The notes under the pieces: model-generated
What the model saw: only the letters and a program-made list of their open reading frames with translations
What the model was told of the DNA's origin: nothing
The model's database searches: none
Assembly (NCBI GenBank): GCA_964187785.1
Contig: OZ076416.1
Location: 28,582,001 to 28,646,000, forward strand
DNA length: 64,000 nt
DNA from: Amphiscolops sp. MND2022
Taxonomy: Eukaryota
Direction: 5' to 3'
Position numbers and translations under genes: made by a program
Part shown: in pieces, positions 13,688-24,592 of the stretch
How positions within the stretch are numbered: position 1 is the stretch's first letter
Layout of the letters: each line of letters starts with the position of its first letter

Positions 13688-14176
13688 CTAGCCTGCTCCA
13701 TTTTCCTGACATAAAACTAATATAAATATTATAATTATTTTTTGATACACTTCGTGCAACCCCGTAGTATAACTCACGCAAATGCGGACGAAGACAGAAG
13801 GAAATACAAAAATAAGGGCTAGAGTGGAGTAGCCTAACAGGCCTATTCCACTTCTAAGAAACCCCATCTCCGCCAGTTTTTGTAACTGTTGAACTCGCTC
13901 AGCGTTGATCCAGTCGGGCCACAAACGACGAAACTGCCCCCTCTTGTAGGTCGTCAGCTGGGAGTTGCCACGGATGTGACTCCTGAGCCTAAATAGCAAG
14001 ACTTCTCCCTGCTCGGCTAGGAGTCGAGCCTCCCACTGCCGCCCGAACAACTGCATCAGGAACAAAAGCGACGGAAGAAGCCACAACAGCTGCAGCCGGC
14101 GAAGAGTAGCAGAAGAAGGGGCTGTAACGGCCGATGCCCCACTATGGGCAAGGTTATTAACATTGTTGCTGCTCAT
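13688..14176 (-). pseudogene. Antisense accessory ORF, copy 1 (internally deleted, retains hydrophobic C-terminus)
   Basis: ATG of MSSNN at 14176; ~302-bp deletion relative to copy 2; C-terminus IGLLGYSTLALIFVFPSVFVRICV. Confidence 0.5.
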
Positions 14177-14406
14177 TACTGAACCCAAAGTAGCTATAGT
14201 TAAAATTTTGTCATGTAAACCTAAATAAATATCTACTGATTTGACATTAATCCTATACATACATAACAACCTATCCTATTATCCACAGATACAATTTATT
14301 ATATCTCGATAGCTATCTAATTTACGGCGATCTCATATGAGATCGTAATCGTACTTTTCATTTTACAATGGTTCTCAAACGCAATGAAATAACTGATGAT
14401 TACATT

Positions 14407-17400
14407 ACAAAGTACCCCTTTCACTTACACGTCGATTCATCTAACGTAGGAACCGGATGTATCCTAATACAACAATTCCCCGAAGGAAAACGGATTATTT
14501 CCTTCAATTCACGAGTTTTTGCAAAAGAAGATGTCCACTCTACATAGAGAACTATGCGGCATAGTCTCAGCTCTTCAAACGTATGAGCACTACATCATCG
14601 GATCGCCTTTCCCTATTTGCTTATACTGTGATGATAAACCGATTCTATATTTCTGGGGACGAAAGGGACAAGTTTCCCCACGCTTCTTCAGGTACCAAGT
14701 GAGTATTTCCAAGCTCCCCAATCTAAAGATAATATGGACGCCGGGAAGCAACTTAGCCTTCCCTGATATACTCAGCCGAAATGTCTCAATCGAAGAACAC
14801 AAGAAACATCAACTTAGCCACAAGATCCTACCCAACGACATACACTTCTTCGATGAGCATGGGACTCAAGTTCACTACAAAATCAAACACGAGGAAAACG
14901 ACGAGACATCAAAGAATGACTTCTACCCTATATTGTACGAGAAAGGGGAAGAATACACAAAATACTTACAGCTCTGTCAACAGCGATGCAGACGATGATG
15001 TTCCCACAAATGATGAACGTCAAGAAGTGAACGAAACAAATTACGAGCCGAATACGAGTTCCCGGGCACCCAAACAATGTTTCTCCAAAAACGATAAGGC
15101 AACAGAAAATCACGAGCTCCCTAAAACCACCATGGGAAAACAAAAAACATCAGCACGAGAACTCATAGGCCAACTTGATAAGATATCCAGAGAAGCGGAG
15201 CTAAATGTCAACACAATCTTACAAGAACAAATTAACGATCCAGTCCTTAGTGTGGTTCGACAGTGGATAAGTCAGGAAACAAGCCTACGCCGAAGTCACC
15301 AGAGTTACAACACTCGAAAGGCCTCATGCGCTACTTTCAGCAGTTCGACAGACTAACTATAGAAGAACAAGGAAACCTCCTCTGTTACAACGAGCCAACT
15401 GACGACCCTGCAGACGCAAATCTGAGAATCTGCCTACCTCTCTATTTCTAGCTTGCTTCCGTATGGGACATTACATTGACCTGGGCGGCCACATGGGAGC
15501 TGAGAAAACCTACCTAAATGCTAAAAGATTCTACTACTGGTCCGGAATGCACGACTGGATCTGTGCCCTCACACAAGATTGTGTTAGCTGCTAATCTAAC
15601 AAATCCAAACAACGAAGAAATAACGAAGTCCCACTGGAAGACTGTGAAACTGAGACCCAAGTATTCAGAAAGGTTCATATCGATCACAAGGGACCACTCA
15701 ACCCTCCCAGTCGTGGAAATTCACATTGCCTCCTCATCATTGACGCCTTCTCACTCTACTTGATGGCATACCCGGTTAGAGACACAGGAGCACAATCAAC
15801 AATCAACGCAATGGAAAAATGGATTATGCACTATGGAATACCGCAATCTATCATACATGATAGAGGAACAGCCTTTGTAAACACTGAATTCGTCAATTGG
15901 ACGAAAGAATTTGACATTACTCTTCGACCAAGAACTGCACATTCACCCTGGACAAATGGCAAAGTCGAAACCCAAAATCAACACATTTCAAGATACTGGA
16001 GAAACTTCTTAAACGAATCAGGAAACAACTGGGCCCAACTAGCTGCTAAATTTGCATTTGCCCACAACACAAGCGTCAACTACACAACAGGGAAGACATC
16101 ATACGAAATAGTGTTCTGCAACAAACCACAAATACCTATGAGGAGTCTTAAGCTGTGACTCTGTAGGAATAAAAACAAGAACTGCAGATCACAGTTTTGT
16201 AACAGATTACCTCTCCATCGCCATAGCGAAAACCAAGTCGAAAACGAACTACTAAATGGACTTTTAAGACCACAACTATCTCAAAGCTTGCTGGAACGAG
16301 GAACAGCCTTCGAAAAGGTCTACTCATCCACATACGAAAAGTGCAGACACTAAACAGCTCGATCACACGCCTACAGAAACAGATTTAAACTCGGAAATCA
16401 CCTCAATATAGGACAAAAGTTCCTGCTAGAAAACCATCGAAAGGATCTCTCTAAAAGCCAAAAACTTCAACAACTGCGATTAGGACCCTTTACAGTTACC
16501 AAGAGAATTACCATTACAACCTACCAAATAACACAAGATCGAAATCCCGAGAACCTCCGAACTGTCCATAGAAATCACCTAATAGAATACTTCCCCAAAG
16601 AGGAAACACTCCCCCCTCTTATCGAAGAAAACACAACTCCAAACCGGGGAGACACGGATTTTTATAACAATCTTGTCAAGGGCAGAATTGAACAGCTTAA
16701 TGTTTCAGACCCACAAATACTCGGAGATCTCTGTATACTGCCAGTACGGAACCAATAAGATCAAATACCTGCCCGCAAAAGAGCACAAACCCCACAGAGC
16801 ACAGACTATGGTATCATCTCTCCAGCAAATCAGTTGTTGACAACCTCAAAGACTCCCGATCAGCCTTCGACCTCACATCCTCGAGACACCGCAACCCCTA
16901 TCCTGACGTTGACACAACGTCAACCGACTCCAGCACACCCAACTAACACCCCGGCATCTTCAACCAAAATCACCAACCCCCTTGCAAGAATTAAGAAGAG
17001 CTGTTGCCCTCCACAGAGAAAGAAATCCACGCTATCAACGCGCACAGCCCAATCAACCAGCACAACAATCCATCCTTCGCGAAAGGACTAGAATTGGTTA
17101 CAAAGAATAACCTTATCATGCCATGCCATAAAGTCTATCTAAATTTGCCTTGGCAAGTTCCGCGAGAACTTCAATCCTTCTGCGTTCTTCAAGTAACAAT
17201 TACAAAAATCTACTGGACCTACAAAAAACAAGATAGTTAGAATTCGCTTCAACTTCAACGACCCTGACCCGAGCCTAGACAAACGACTCAAGCCCCAAAA
17301 ATCGAATCTACATCCTGAATCAAGGACTTTCGCCCTCTTATATCAACACCTCGCATACTATGCAGTCACACACCACGACCCTATCTTAGAGGAACTCCTA

Positions 17401-18527
17401 TCCTACATGCATACCCTAATACCTGACCTACAACCTTCCCTACCTAATACTCAAAAGGACCTATTCTGCTGCTCTACTATCTCCTCACCTATCTCCTAGC
17501 CTGCTCCATTTTCCTGACATAAAACTAATATAAATATTATAATTATTTTTTGATACACTTCGTGCAACCCCGTAGTATAACTCACGCAAATGCGGACGAA
17601 GACAGAAGGAAATACAAAAATAAGGGCTAGAGTGGAGTAGCCTAACAGGCCTACTCCACTTCTAAGAAACCCCCATCTCCGCCAGTTTTTGTAACTGTTG
17701 AACTCGCTCAGCGTTGATCCAGTCGGGCAACAAACGACGAAACTGCCCCCGCTGGTAGGTCGTCAGCTGGGAGTATCCAGGGATGTAACTCCTGAGCCTA
17801 AATAGCAAGACTTCTCCCTGCTCGGCTAGGAGTCGAGCCTCCCACTGCCGCCCGAACAACTGCATCAGGAAAGATGCGAACCCGTCTGGGATAGGAACAG
17901 CCACCGCCATAATTCTTCGGTACCTACCCTCTAATCCATCGAGTTCTCTCGACCCACTCCTCCAATCGACGGACGTCCCCCAATTATATAAATCCATGAA
18001 GGTCTCATGGTCCGGGTTGCTTATCTCTCCAGGGATTAGCAAACCGTGGGGCCGACGCAAGGGAGGAACCGCAACCACGGGAGCCCCAACTGGACGAGAC
18101 GTGTCCAGGCGACTAGGCCCGGCCACAGACCCCGATGAAGGATCCGCCGCTACAACAACAGAGGACACAGCCACAGAAGCGACGGAAGAAGCCACAACAG
18201 CTGCAGCCGGCGAAGAGGCCGAGACAGTAGCAGAGAAAGGGGCTGTAACGCCCGATGCCCCACTATGGGCAAGATTATTAACATTGTTGCTGCTCATTAC
18301 TGAACCCAAAGTAGCTATAGTTAAAATTTTGTCATGTAAACCTAAACAAATATCTACTGATTTGACATTAATCCTATACTTACATAACAACTTATCCTAT
18401 TATCCACAGATACTATTTATTATATCTCGATAGCTCTCTAATTTACGGCGATCTTATATGAGATCGTAATCGTACTTTTCATTATACAATGGTTCTCAAA
18501 CCCAATGAAATAACTGATGATTACATT
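14407..18527 (+). repeat. Tandem duplicate of the RNaseH-integrase-3' region (10700-14406)
   Basis: Junction GATTACATT|ACAAAGTACC at 14406/14407; ORFs 14781 and 15263 repeat 11080 and 11562 at offset 3701; inactivating lesions are shared. Confidence 0.93.
17662..18297 (-). CDS. Antisense accessory ORF of unknown function, copy 2 (211 aa from MSSNN)
   Basis: Continuous ORF in a GC-richer island; Ser/Ala/Val-rich N-terminus then a globular-looking half (FMDLYNWG...RQWEARLLAEQGEVLLFRLR). Confidence 0.55.
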   Translation of the reverse strand: MSSNNVNNLAHSGASGVTAPFSATVSASSPAAAVVASSVASVAVSSVVVAADPSSGSVAGPSRLDTSRPVGAPVVAVPPLRRPHGLLIPGEISNPDHETFMDLYNWGTSVDWRSGSRELDGLEGRYRRIMAVAVPIPDGFASFLMQLFGRQWEARLLAEQGEVLLFRLRSYIPGYSQLTTYQRGQFRRLLPDWINAERVQQLQKLAEMGVS

Positions 18528-18580
18528 CTCTGATTTGCTATGTTTGATGAACACAAACAACGAGGCAAAACAACCCACAG

Positions 18581-19390
18581 ATGATCATAATATTCAAAAT
18601 CTACAACCGACTTTCACATATCACTGACATTCAGAAGGAACCCTCAACACAGAACATCATCCTACAAGCCTACGCAATAGCAGAAGAAAGTGAAACCTAC
18701 ACGTGCGTGCCAGCATCACCTATCTACCCACTGGAGAGCTTGCCATATAATAACACACTACAGAAGTCTTCACAAGAGCCAAATCAGTCATCTAATGTCC
18801 TCTCCCGCAGCTGCCGTCTTCCGCGGGAATAAGTACTACTTCCACACACAATTTCAACCTCCGGTTCCTTTGACCCCCATACCACTCAATGGTCAATACG
18901 AAATGGTCATCACTAACTCTGCGGTTCAAGTTCGTATACTCACACCAGAAGTATACAACTTCAAATGTAGCTTCACGAGCCCTATCTATACTACTCACCT
19001 AGCAGGCTGCAAAATATCCTTTAGACTATTTCCATGTGGGAAAAACCTCTTCCGTGGAATCCACTCCTCCATTTGCTGTGAACTCCATCTTAGCGACTTC
19101 ACGCTCCCTCGAACATGGCCTTTCGACCGACAAGTAGAAGTCTCCATCATAGAACAAAAACAATAAGTGGTCTACCTACTTCCCACACCACTGACAAGAA
19201 CAACCAAGACGTCACCCACGCCAGCACCTACACTCTCCCGGACCTCATGCGAGAAGATTTCATCCCTCACACAAAACTATTGGTCAACTTCAGGGAAGCC
19301 TTTTTAAACGACTCTGTAATCCTCCAAATTAAATTTAACGAACACCCCTCTAAAATCCCAAGTGCTAAAGAGACCTCCCCTCATTTCTGA
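18581..19390 (+). pseudogene. Accessory ORF with TRAF-type MATH domain (core 18888-19336), copy 1, frameshifted
   Basis: NGQYEMVITN...SPIYTTHLAGCKISFRLFPCG...GIHSSICCEL...WPFDRQVEVSIIEQ...FIPHTKL...FLNDSVILQIKF matches the TRAF-C strand pattern (W-K-I, SPxFYT..GYKxCLRLYxNG, GTHLSL, WPF.Q.V.L.LLDQ, F..H..L, YL.DD.L.I). Confidence 0.75.
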
Positions 19391-19425
19391 CCTACCCCAA
19401 ATACATCGTTCTCTTTTTCCCTGCC

Positions 19426-19432
19426 AGGGGGG
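19426..19432 (+). promoter_or_regulatory. Polypurine tract before LTR2
   Basis: AGGGGGG followed by TAAGC then TGTCGC. Confidence 0.75.
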
Positions 19433-19437
19433 TAAGC

Positions 19438-20512
19438 TGTCGCGTTATGACTAACGCTTAATCAATAATATAAATGCAACTGCAACAATAAAGCGCTTAA
19501 CAAAAAACACCTGATTTAATAAAAAGCTCAACAATCATCCCAGGGCTACTCTTCCGTTTCTCTACAAAAAGCACCTGTTTAAATAAAAAGTGTAATAAAC
19601 ATCTTTGTGCTACAGTGCAGTTTATGATTGAAAAACACCTGAATTAAAAAAATTCTCAACAATTGTCCCCTGTCTTCAGTGCAGTTTGTATTCAAAAAAG
19701 ACCTGAAAAACAAAGCAGGAAATTGAACTAACCTGGAGAAAGGGAGATTAAATAATTGATTAAGTAGGACGGCTGGCAGAGAAAAGGGAGGACGCTGAAT
19801 AATAAGTAAATAATCGAGGGATACAAATACCGCTGGATTGCAAAAATGAAAAATTCTATTATTTACCGCGTAGATTCGAAATCTAAAGCTAAGCTCTGAA
19901 TGGCTGAATGCAAAATTAGCCAACAGGGCACTTCGGCAGAAGTGCTGAACTGTTTTTATACGGCGTGCACAGGCTGGAGCTTCATTCTCCCCGCCAACCG
20001 TCAAAGCTTCAACCTAAAGAAGCTCTCGCCCTTCCTCGCTTCTCCTCTTCCCTTCACTCCAACTCTACTTCTCTTCACTAAATTCTTGAATCATTTCACC
20101 TTTGACTAAAAAATTCTATCTTTCTTCCCCTCTTTTGCCTTGGCTCTCAAATTTGCTAATCACATCCCTCTTAGCTGAATTTTCTATCTTAGAAAATTCA
20201 CTTCAATCCGACAACAGTTCCGGGTCTGGTGAGTGAAAAATTACTTAGTTTCTTTTTGGGGAGATTTCTGATTCTCCCTTTCTAACTAAATTCTATCTTA
20301 GAATAATTTCGCTGATTTCACTCAGCGGTTGTTTAAAATCTATCTTAGAATAATTCCACTGATTTTACTCAGTGGTTGTTAAATTTCTATCTTAGTATAA
20401 TTCCGCTGTGTTCACTCAGCGGTTGTTTAAATTCTATCTTAGAATAATTCCACAGATTCTACTCAGTGGTTGTTAAAATTCTATCTTAGTATATTTCCGC
20501 TGATTTCACTCA
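19438..20512 (+). repeat. Truncated internal LTR (LTR2)
   Basis: Near-identical to the 5' part of LTR3; breaks inside the fifth hairpin unit (array 20289-20512) and joins internal sequence homologous to 17255 onward. Confidence 0.92.
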
Positions 20513-20913
20513 ACGACCCTGACCCGAGCCTAGACAAACGACTCAAGCCCCAAAAATCGAATCTACATCCTGAATCAAGGACTTTCGCCCTCTTATATCA
20601 ACACCTCGCATACTATGCAGTCACACACCACGACCCTATCTTAGAGGAACTCCTATCCTACATGCATACCCTAATACCTGACCTACAACCTTCCCTACCT
20701 AATACTCAAAAGGACCTATTCTGCTGCTCTACTATCTCCTCACCTAGCTCCTAGCCTGCTCCATTTTACTGACATGAAACTAATATAAATATAATTATTT
20801 TTTGATACACTTCGTGCAACCCCGTAGTATAACTCACGCAAATGCGGACGAAGACAGAAGGAAATACAAAAATAAGGGCTAGAGTGGAGTAGCCTAACAG
20901 GCCTACTCCACTT

Positions 20914-21548
20914 CTAAGAAACCCCCATCTCCGCCAGTTTTTGTAACTGTTGAACTCGCTCAGCGTTGATCCAGTCGGGCAACAAACGACGAAACTGCCC
21001 CCGCTGGTAGGTCGTCAGCTGGGAGTATCCAGGGATGTAACTCCTGAGCCTAAATAGCAAGACTTCTCCCTGCTCGGCTAGGAGTCGAGCCTCCCACTGC
21101 CGCCCGAACAACTGCATCAGGAAAGATGCGAACCCGTCTGGGATAGGAACAGCCACCGCCATAATTCTTCGGTACCTACCCTCTAATCCATCGAGTTCTC
21201 TCGACCCACTCCTCCAATCGACGGACGTCCCCCAATTATATAAATCCATGAAGGTCTCATGGTCCGGGTTGCTTATCTCTCCAGGGATTAGCAAACCGTG
21301 GGCCGACGCAAGGGAGGAACCGCAACCACGGGAGCCCCAACTGGACGAGACGTGTCCAGGCGACTAGGCCCGGCCACAGACCCCGATGAAGGATCCGCCG
21401 CTACGGCAACAGACGACACAGCCACAGAAGCGACGGAAGAAGCCACAACAGCTGCAGCCGGCGAAGAGGCCGAGACAGTAGCAGAGAAAGGGGCTGTAAC
21501 GCCCGATGCCCCACTATGGGCAAGATTATTAACATTGTTGCTGCTCAT
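20914..21548 (-). pseudogene. Antisense accessory ORF, copy 3 (split by 1-bp loss near 21300)
   Basis: ORF fragments 21288-21641 and 20914-21294 together reproduce copy 2. Confidence 0.55.
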
Positions 21549-21831
21549 TACTGAACCCAAAGTAGCTATAGTTAAAATTTTGTCATGTAAACCTAAATAA
21601 ATATCTACTGATTTGACATTAATCCTATACTTACATAACAACTTATCCTATTATCCACAGATACTATTTATTATATCTCGATAGCTCTCTAATTTACGGC
21701 GATCTTATATGAGATCGTAATCGTACTTTTCATTATACAATGGTTCTCAAACCCAATGAAATAACTGATGATTATATTCTCTGATTTGCTATGTTTGATG
21801 AACACAAACCACGAGGCAAAACAACCCACAG

Positions 21832-22641
21832 ATGATCATAATATTCAAAATCTACAACCGACTTTCACATATCACTGACATTCAGAAGGAACCCTCAACA
21901 CAGAACATCATCCTACAAGCCTACGCAATAGCAGAAGAAAGTGAAACCTACACGTGCGTGCCAGCATCACCTATCTACCCACTGGAGAGCTTGCCATATA
22001 ATAACACACTACAGAAGTCTTCACAAGAGCCAAATCAGTCATCTAATGTCCTCTCCCGCAGCTGCCGTCTTCCGCGGGAATAAGTACTACTTCCACACAC
22101 AATTTCAACCTCCGGTTCCTTTGACCCCCATACCACTCAATGGTCAATACGAAATGGTCATCACTACCTCTGCGGTTCAAGTTCGTATACTCACGCCAGA
22201 AGTATACAACTTCAAATGTAGCTTCACGAGCCCTATCTATACTACTCACCTAGCAGGCTGCAAAATATCCTTTAGACTATTTCCATGTGGGAAAAACCTC
22301 TTCCGTGGAATCCACTCCTCCATTTGCTGTGAACTCCATCTTAGCGACTTCACGCTCCCTCGAACATGGCCTTTCGACCGACAAGTAGAAGTCTCCATCA
22401 TAGAACAAAAACAATAAGTGGTCTACCTACTTCCCACACCACTGACAAGAACAACCAAGACGTCACACACGCCAGCACCTACACTCTCCCTGACCTCATG
22501 CGAGAAGATTTCATCCCTCACACAAAACTATTGGTCAACTTCAGGGAAGCCTTTTTAAACGACTCTGTAATCCTCCAAATTAAATTTAACGAACACCCCT
22601 CTAAAATCCCAAGTGCTAAAGAGACCTCCCCTCATTTCTGA
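21832..22641 (+). pseudogene. TRAF-type MATH accessory ORF, copy 2 (core 22139-22587)
   Basis: Near-identical to 18581-19390 with the same frame breaks. Confidence 0.75.
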
Positions 22642-22676
22642 CCTACCCCAAATACATCGTTCTCTTTTTCCCTGCC

Positions 22677-22683
22677 AGGGGGG
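22677..22683 (+). promoter_or_regulatory. Polypurine tract before the 3' LTR
   Basis: AGGGGGG-TAAGC-TGTCGC. Confidence 0.75.
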
Positions 22684-22688
22684 TAAGC

Positions 22689-24592
22689 TGTCGCGTTATG
22701 ACTAACGCTTAATCAATAATATAAATGCAACTGCAACAATAAAGCGCTTAACAAAAAACACCTGATTTAATAAAAAGCTCAACAATCATCCCAGGGCTAC
22801 TCTTCCGTTTCTCTACAAAAAGCACCTGTTTAAATAAAAAGTGCAATAAACATCTTTGTGCTACAGTGCAGTTTATGATTGAAAAACACCTGAATTAAAA
22901 AAATTCTCAACAATTGTCCCCTGTCTTCAGTGCAGTTTGTATTCAAAAAAGACCTGCAAAAACAAAGCAGGAAATTGAACTAACCTGGAGAAAGGGAGAT
23001 TAAATAATTGATTAAGTAGGACGGCTGGCAGAGAAAAGGGAGGACGCTGAATAATAAGTAAATAATCGAGGGATACAAATACCGCGGGATTGCAAAAATG
23101 AAAAATTCTATTATTTACCGCGTAGATTCGAAATCTAAAGCTAAGCTCTGAATGGCTGAATGCAAAATTAGCCAACAGGGCACTTCGGCAGAAGTGCTGA
23201 ACTGTTTTTATACGGCGTGCACAGGCTGGAGCTTCATTCTCCCCGCCAACCGTCAAAGCTTCAACTTAAAGAAGCTCTCGCCCTTCCTCGCTTCTCCTCT
23301 TCCCTTCACTCCAACTCTACTTCTCTTCACTAAATTCTTGAATCATTTCACCTTTGACTAAAAAATTCTATCTTTCTTCCCCTCTTTTGCCTTGGCTCTC
23401 AAATTTGCTAATCACATCCCTCTTAGCTGAACTTTCTATCTTAGAATATTCACTTCAATCCGACAACAGTTCCGGGTCTGGTGAGTGAAAAATTACTTAG
23501 TTTCTTTTTGGGGAGATTTCTGATTCTCCCTTTTCTAACTAAATTCTATCTTAGAATAATTTCGCTGATTTCACTCAGCGGTTGTTCAAAATCTATCTTA
23601 GAATAATTCCACTGATTTTACTCAGTGGTTGTTAAATTTCTATCTTAGTATAATTCCGCTGATTTCACTCAGTGGTTGTTTAAATTCTATCTTAAAATAA
23701 TTCCACTGATTCTACTTAGTGGTTGTTAAAATTCTATCTTAGTATAATTCCGCTGATTTCACTCAGCGGTTGTTTAACTTCTATCTTAGAATAATTCCGC
23801 TGATTTTACTCAGCGGTTGTCTAAATCTCTATCTTAGAATAGAACTAAATAAATGGTTGGCGTTACACAAGTATTGACAAAATCATTTCACCTTATTTAC
23901 CCTGTAAGTTTGTCTCTTATAAAAAGTCTCAATACTGTCTCTATACCCTACAGAACAGTGACTTTAAAAAACTAAAACTCGCCAGTTTAAAATATCACTG
24001 GCTAAAACCATCCCTTATACGGAGCTAATTTAAAGCATTTTCGAGATGAAAATGTAAAAGCTTGCAATTTTATCTGTAAATTTTATAAATGTTTTCTGAT
24101 GTAATTTATGAAGCTACTTTGCTCGAAGATAAAATAAATCCTTTAAATTTACTGCTGAAGTAAAATGAATAGTTAATTTGCTGCCGAATTTAACTTAAAA
24201 TGGAATAGACACTGAGATGCCTAAAAAAATCCCCTTAGTACTATTGTCCGTTCACGTGATATAATTCAACATATTTCCTTATCATACTTTCTTTTTAGTC
24301 AGAGAGCTCTTTTACATACACTGCCTTGCACCTACTCACGCAATTTCCTTTGTTCGCACGTACACGCAAGGCACTTCCTTCCTAGTAGCGTAAGAAAGCT
24401 AGTATTAATTACACAGAGTGAGCTTTGAGACTTTCTTACTCACTTCTGATCAATAAAAAAATAGTCGCCTGAAAGTACTTTGCAAAATGCTAAGTAAGCT
24501 GAACTGACTAATACTGATAACAATTGAACAGTCCCTTGAAAAGAGAAAAACAGAAAATCGTAAACAGCAAAAATCTATCCATGCGTGCGACA
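22689..24592 (+). repeat. 3' LTR of element A (LTR3, 1904 bp; 6-unit hairpin array at 23542-23840)
   Basis: TGTCGC...GCGACA ends; the 135-bp deficit versus LTR1 is about three fewer array units. Confidence 0.93.

Larger units (their letters stand above)
20510..22688 (+). repeat. Second tandem duplicate of the 3' accessory region (offset ~3.25 kb)
   Basis: ORFs 21832, 21941 and 22366 repeat 18581, 18690 and 19115 at offset 3251; junction microhomology TCA at 20510-20512. Confidence 0.93.
4300..24592 (+). mobile_element. Composite, decayed Ty3/Gypsy LTR retrotransposon (element A) with internal tandem duplications
   Basis: Begins TGTCGC (4300) and ends GCGACA (24592), a 6-bp terminal inverted repeat; CCCC flanks both ends (4296-4299, 24593-24596); PBS-like TGG motif after the 5' LTR; G-rich PPT before the 3' LTR; domain order gag-RT-RNaseH-integrase. 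Confidence 0.93.

Noticed and set aside
17662-18297. env gene (endogenous retrovirus)
   Set aside because: Antisense orientation, short, no signal peptide, no convincing furin-site/fusion-peptide arrangement or Cys pattern of an ectodomain
17996-18433. Sense ORF (145 aa) overlapping the antisense ORF
   Set aside because: Probably the reverse-strand shadow of a GC-rich, low-complexity region; truncated by a stop in the other two copies; cannot be fully excluded
19438-20512. LTR2 as the shared LTR of two tandem full elements
   Set aside because: It is truncated mid-array and is followed by duplicated 3' internal sequence rather than a PBS and gag
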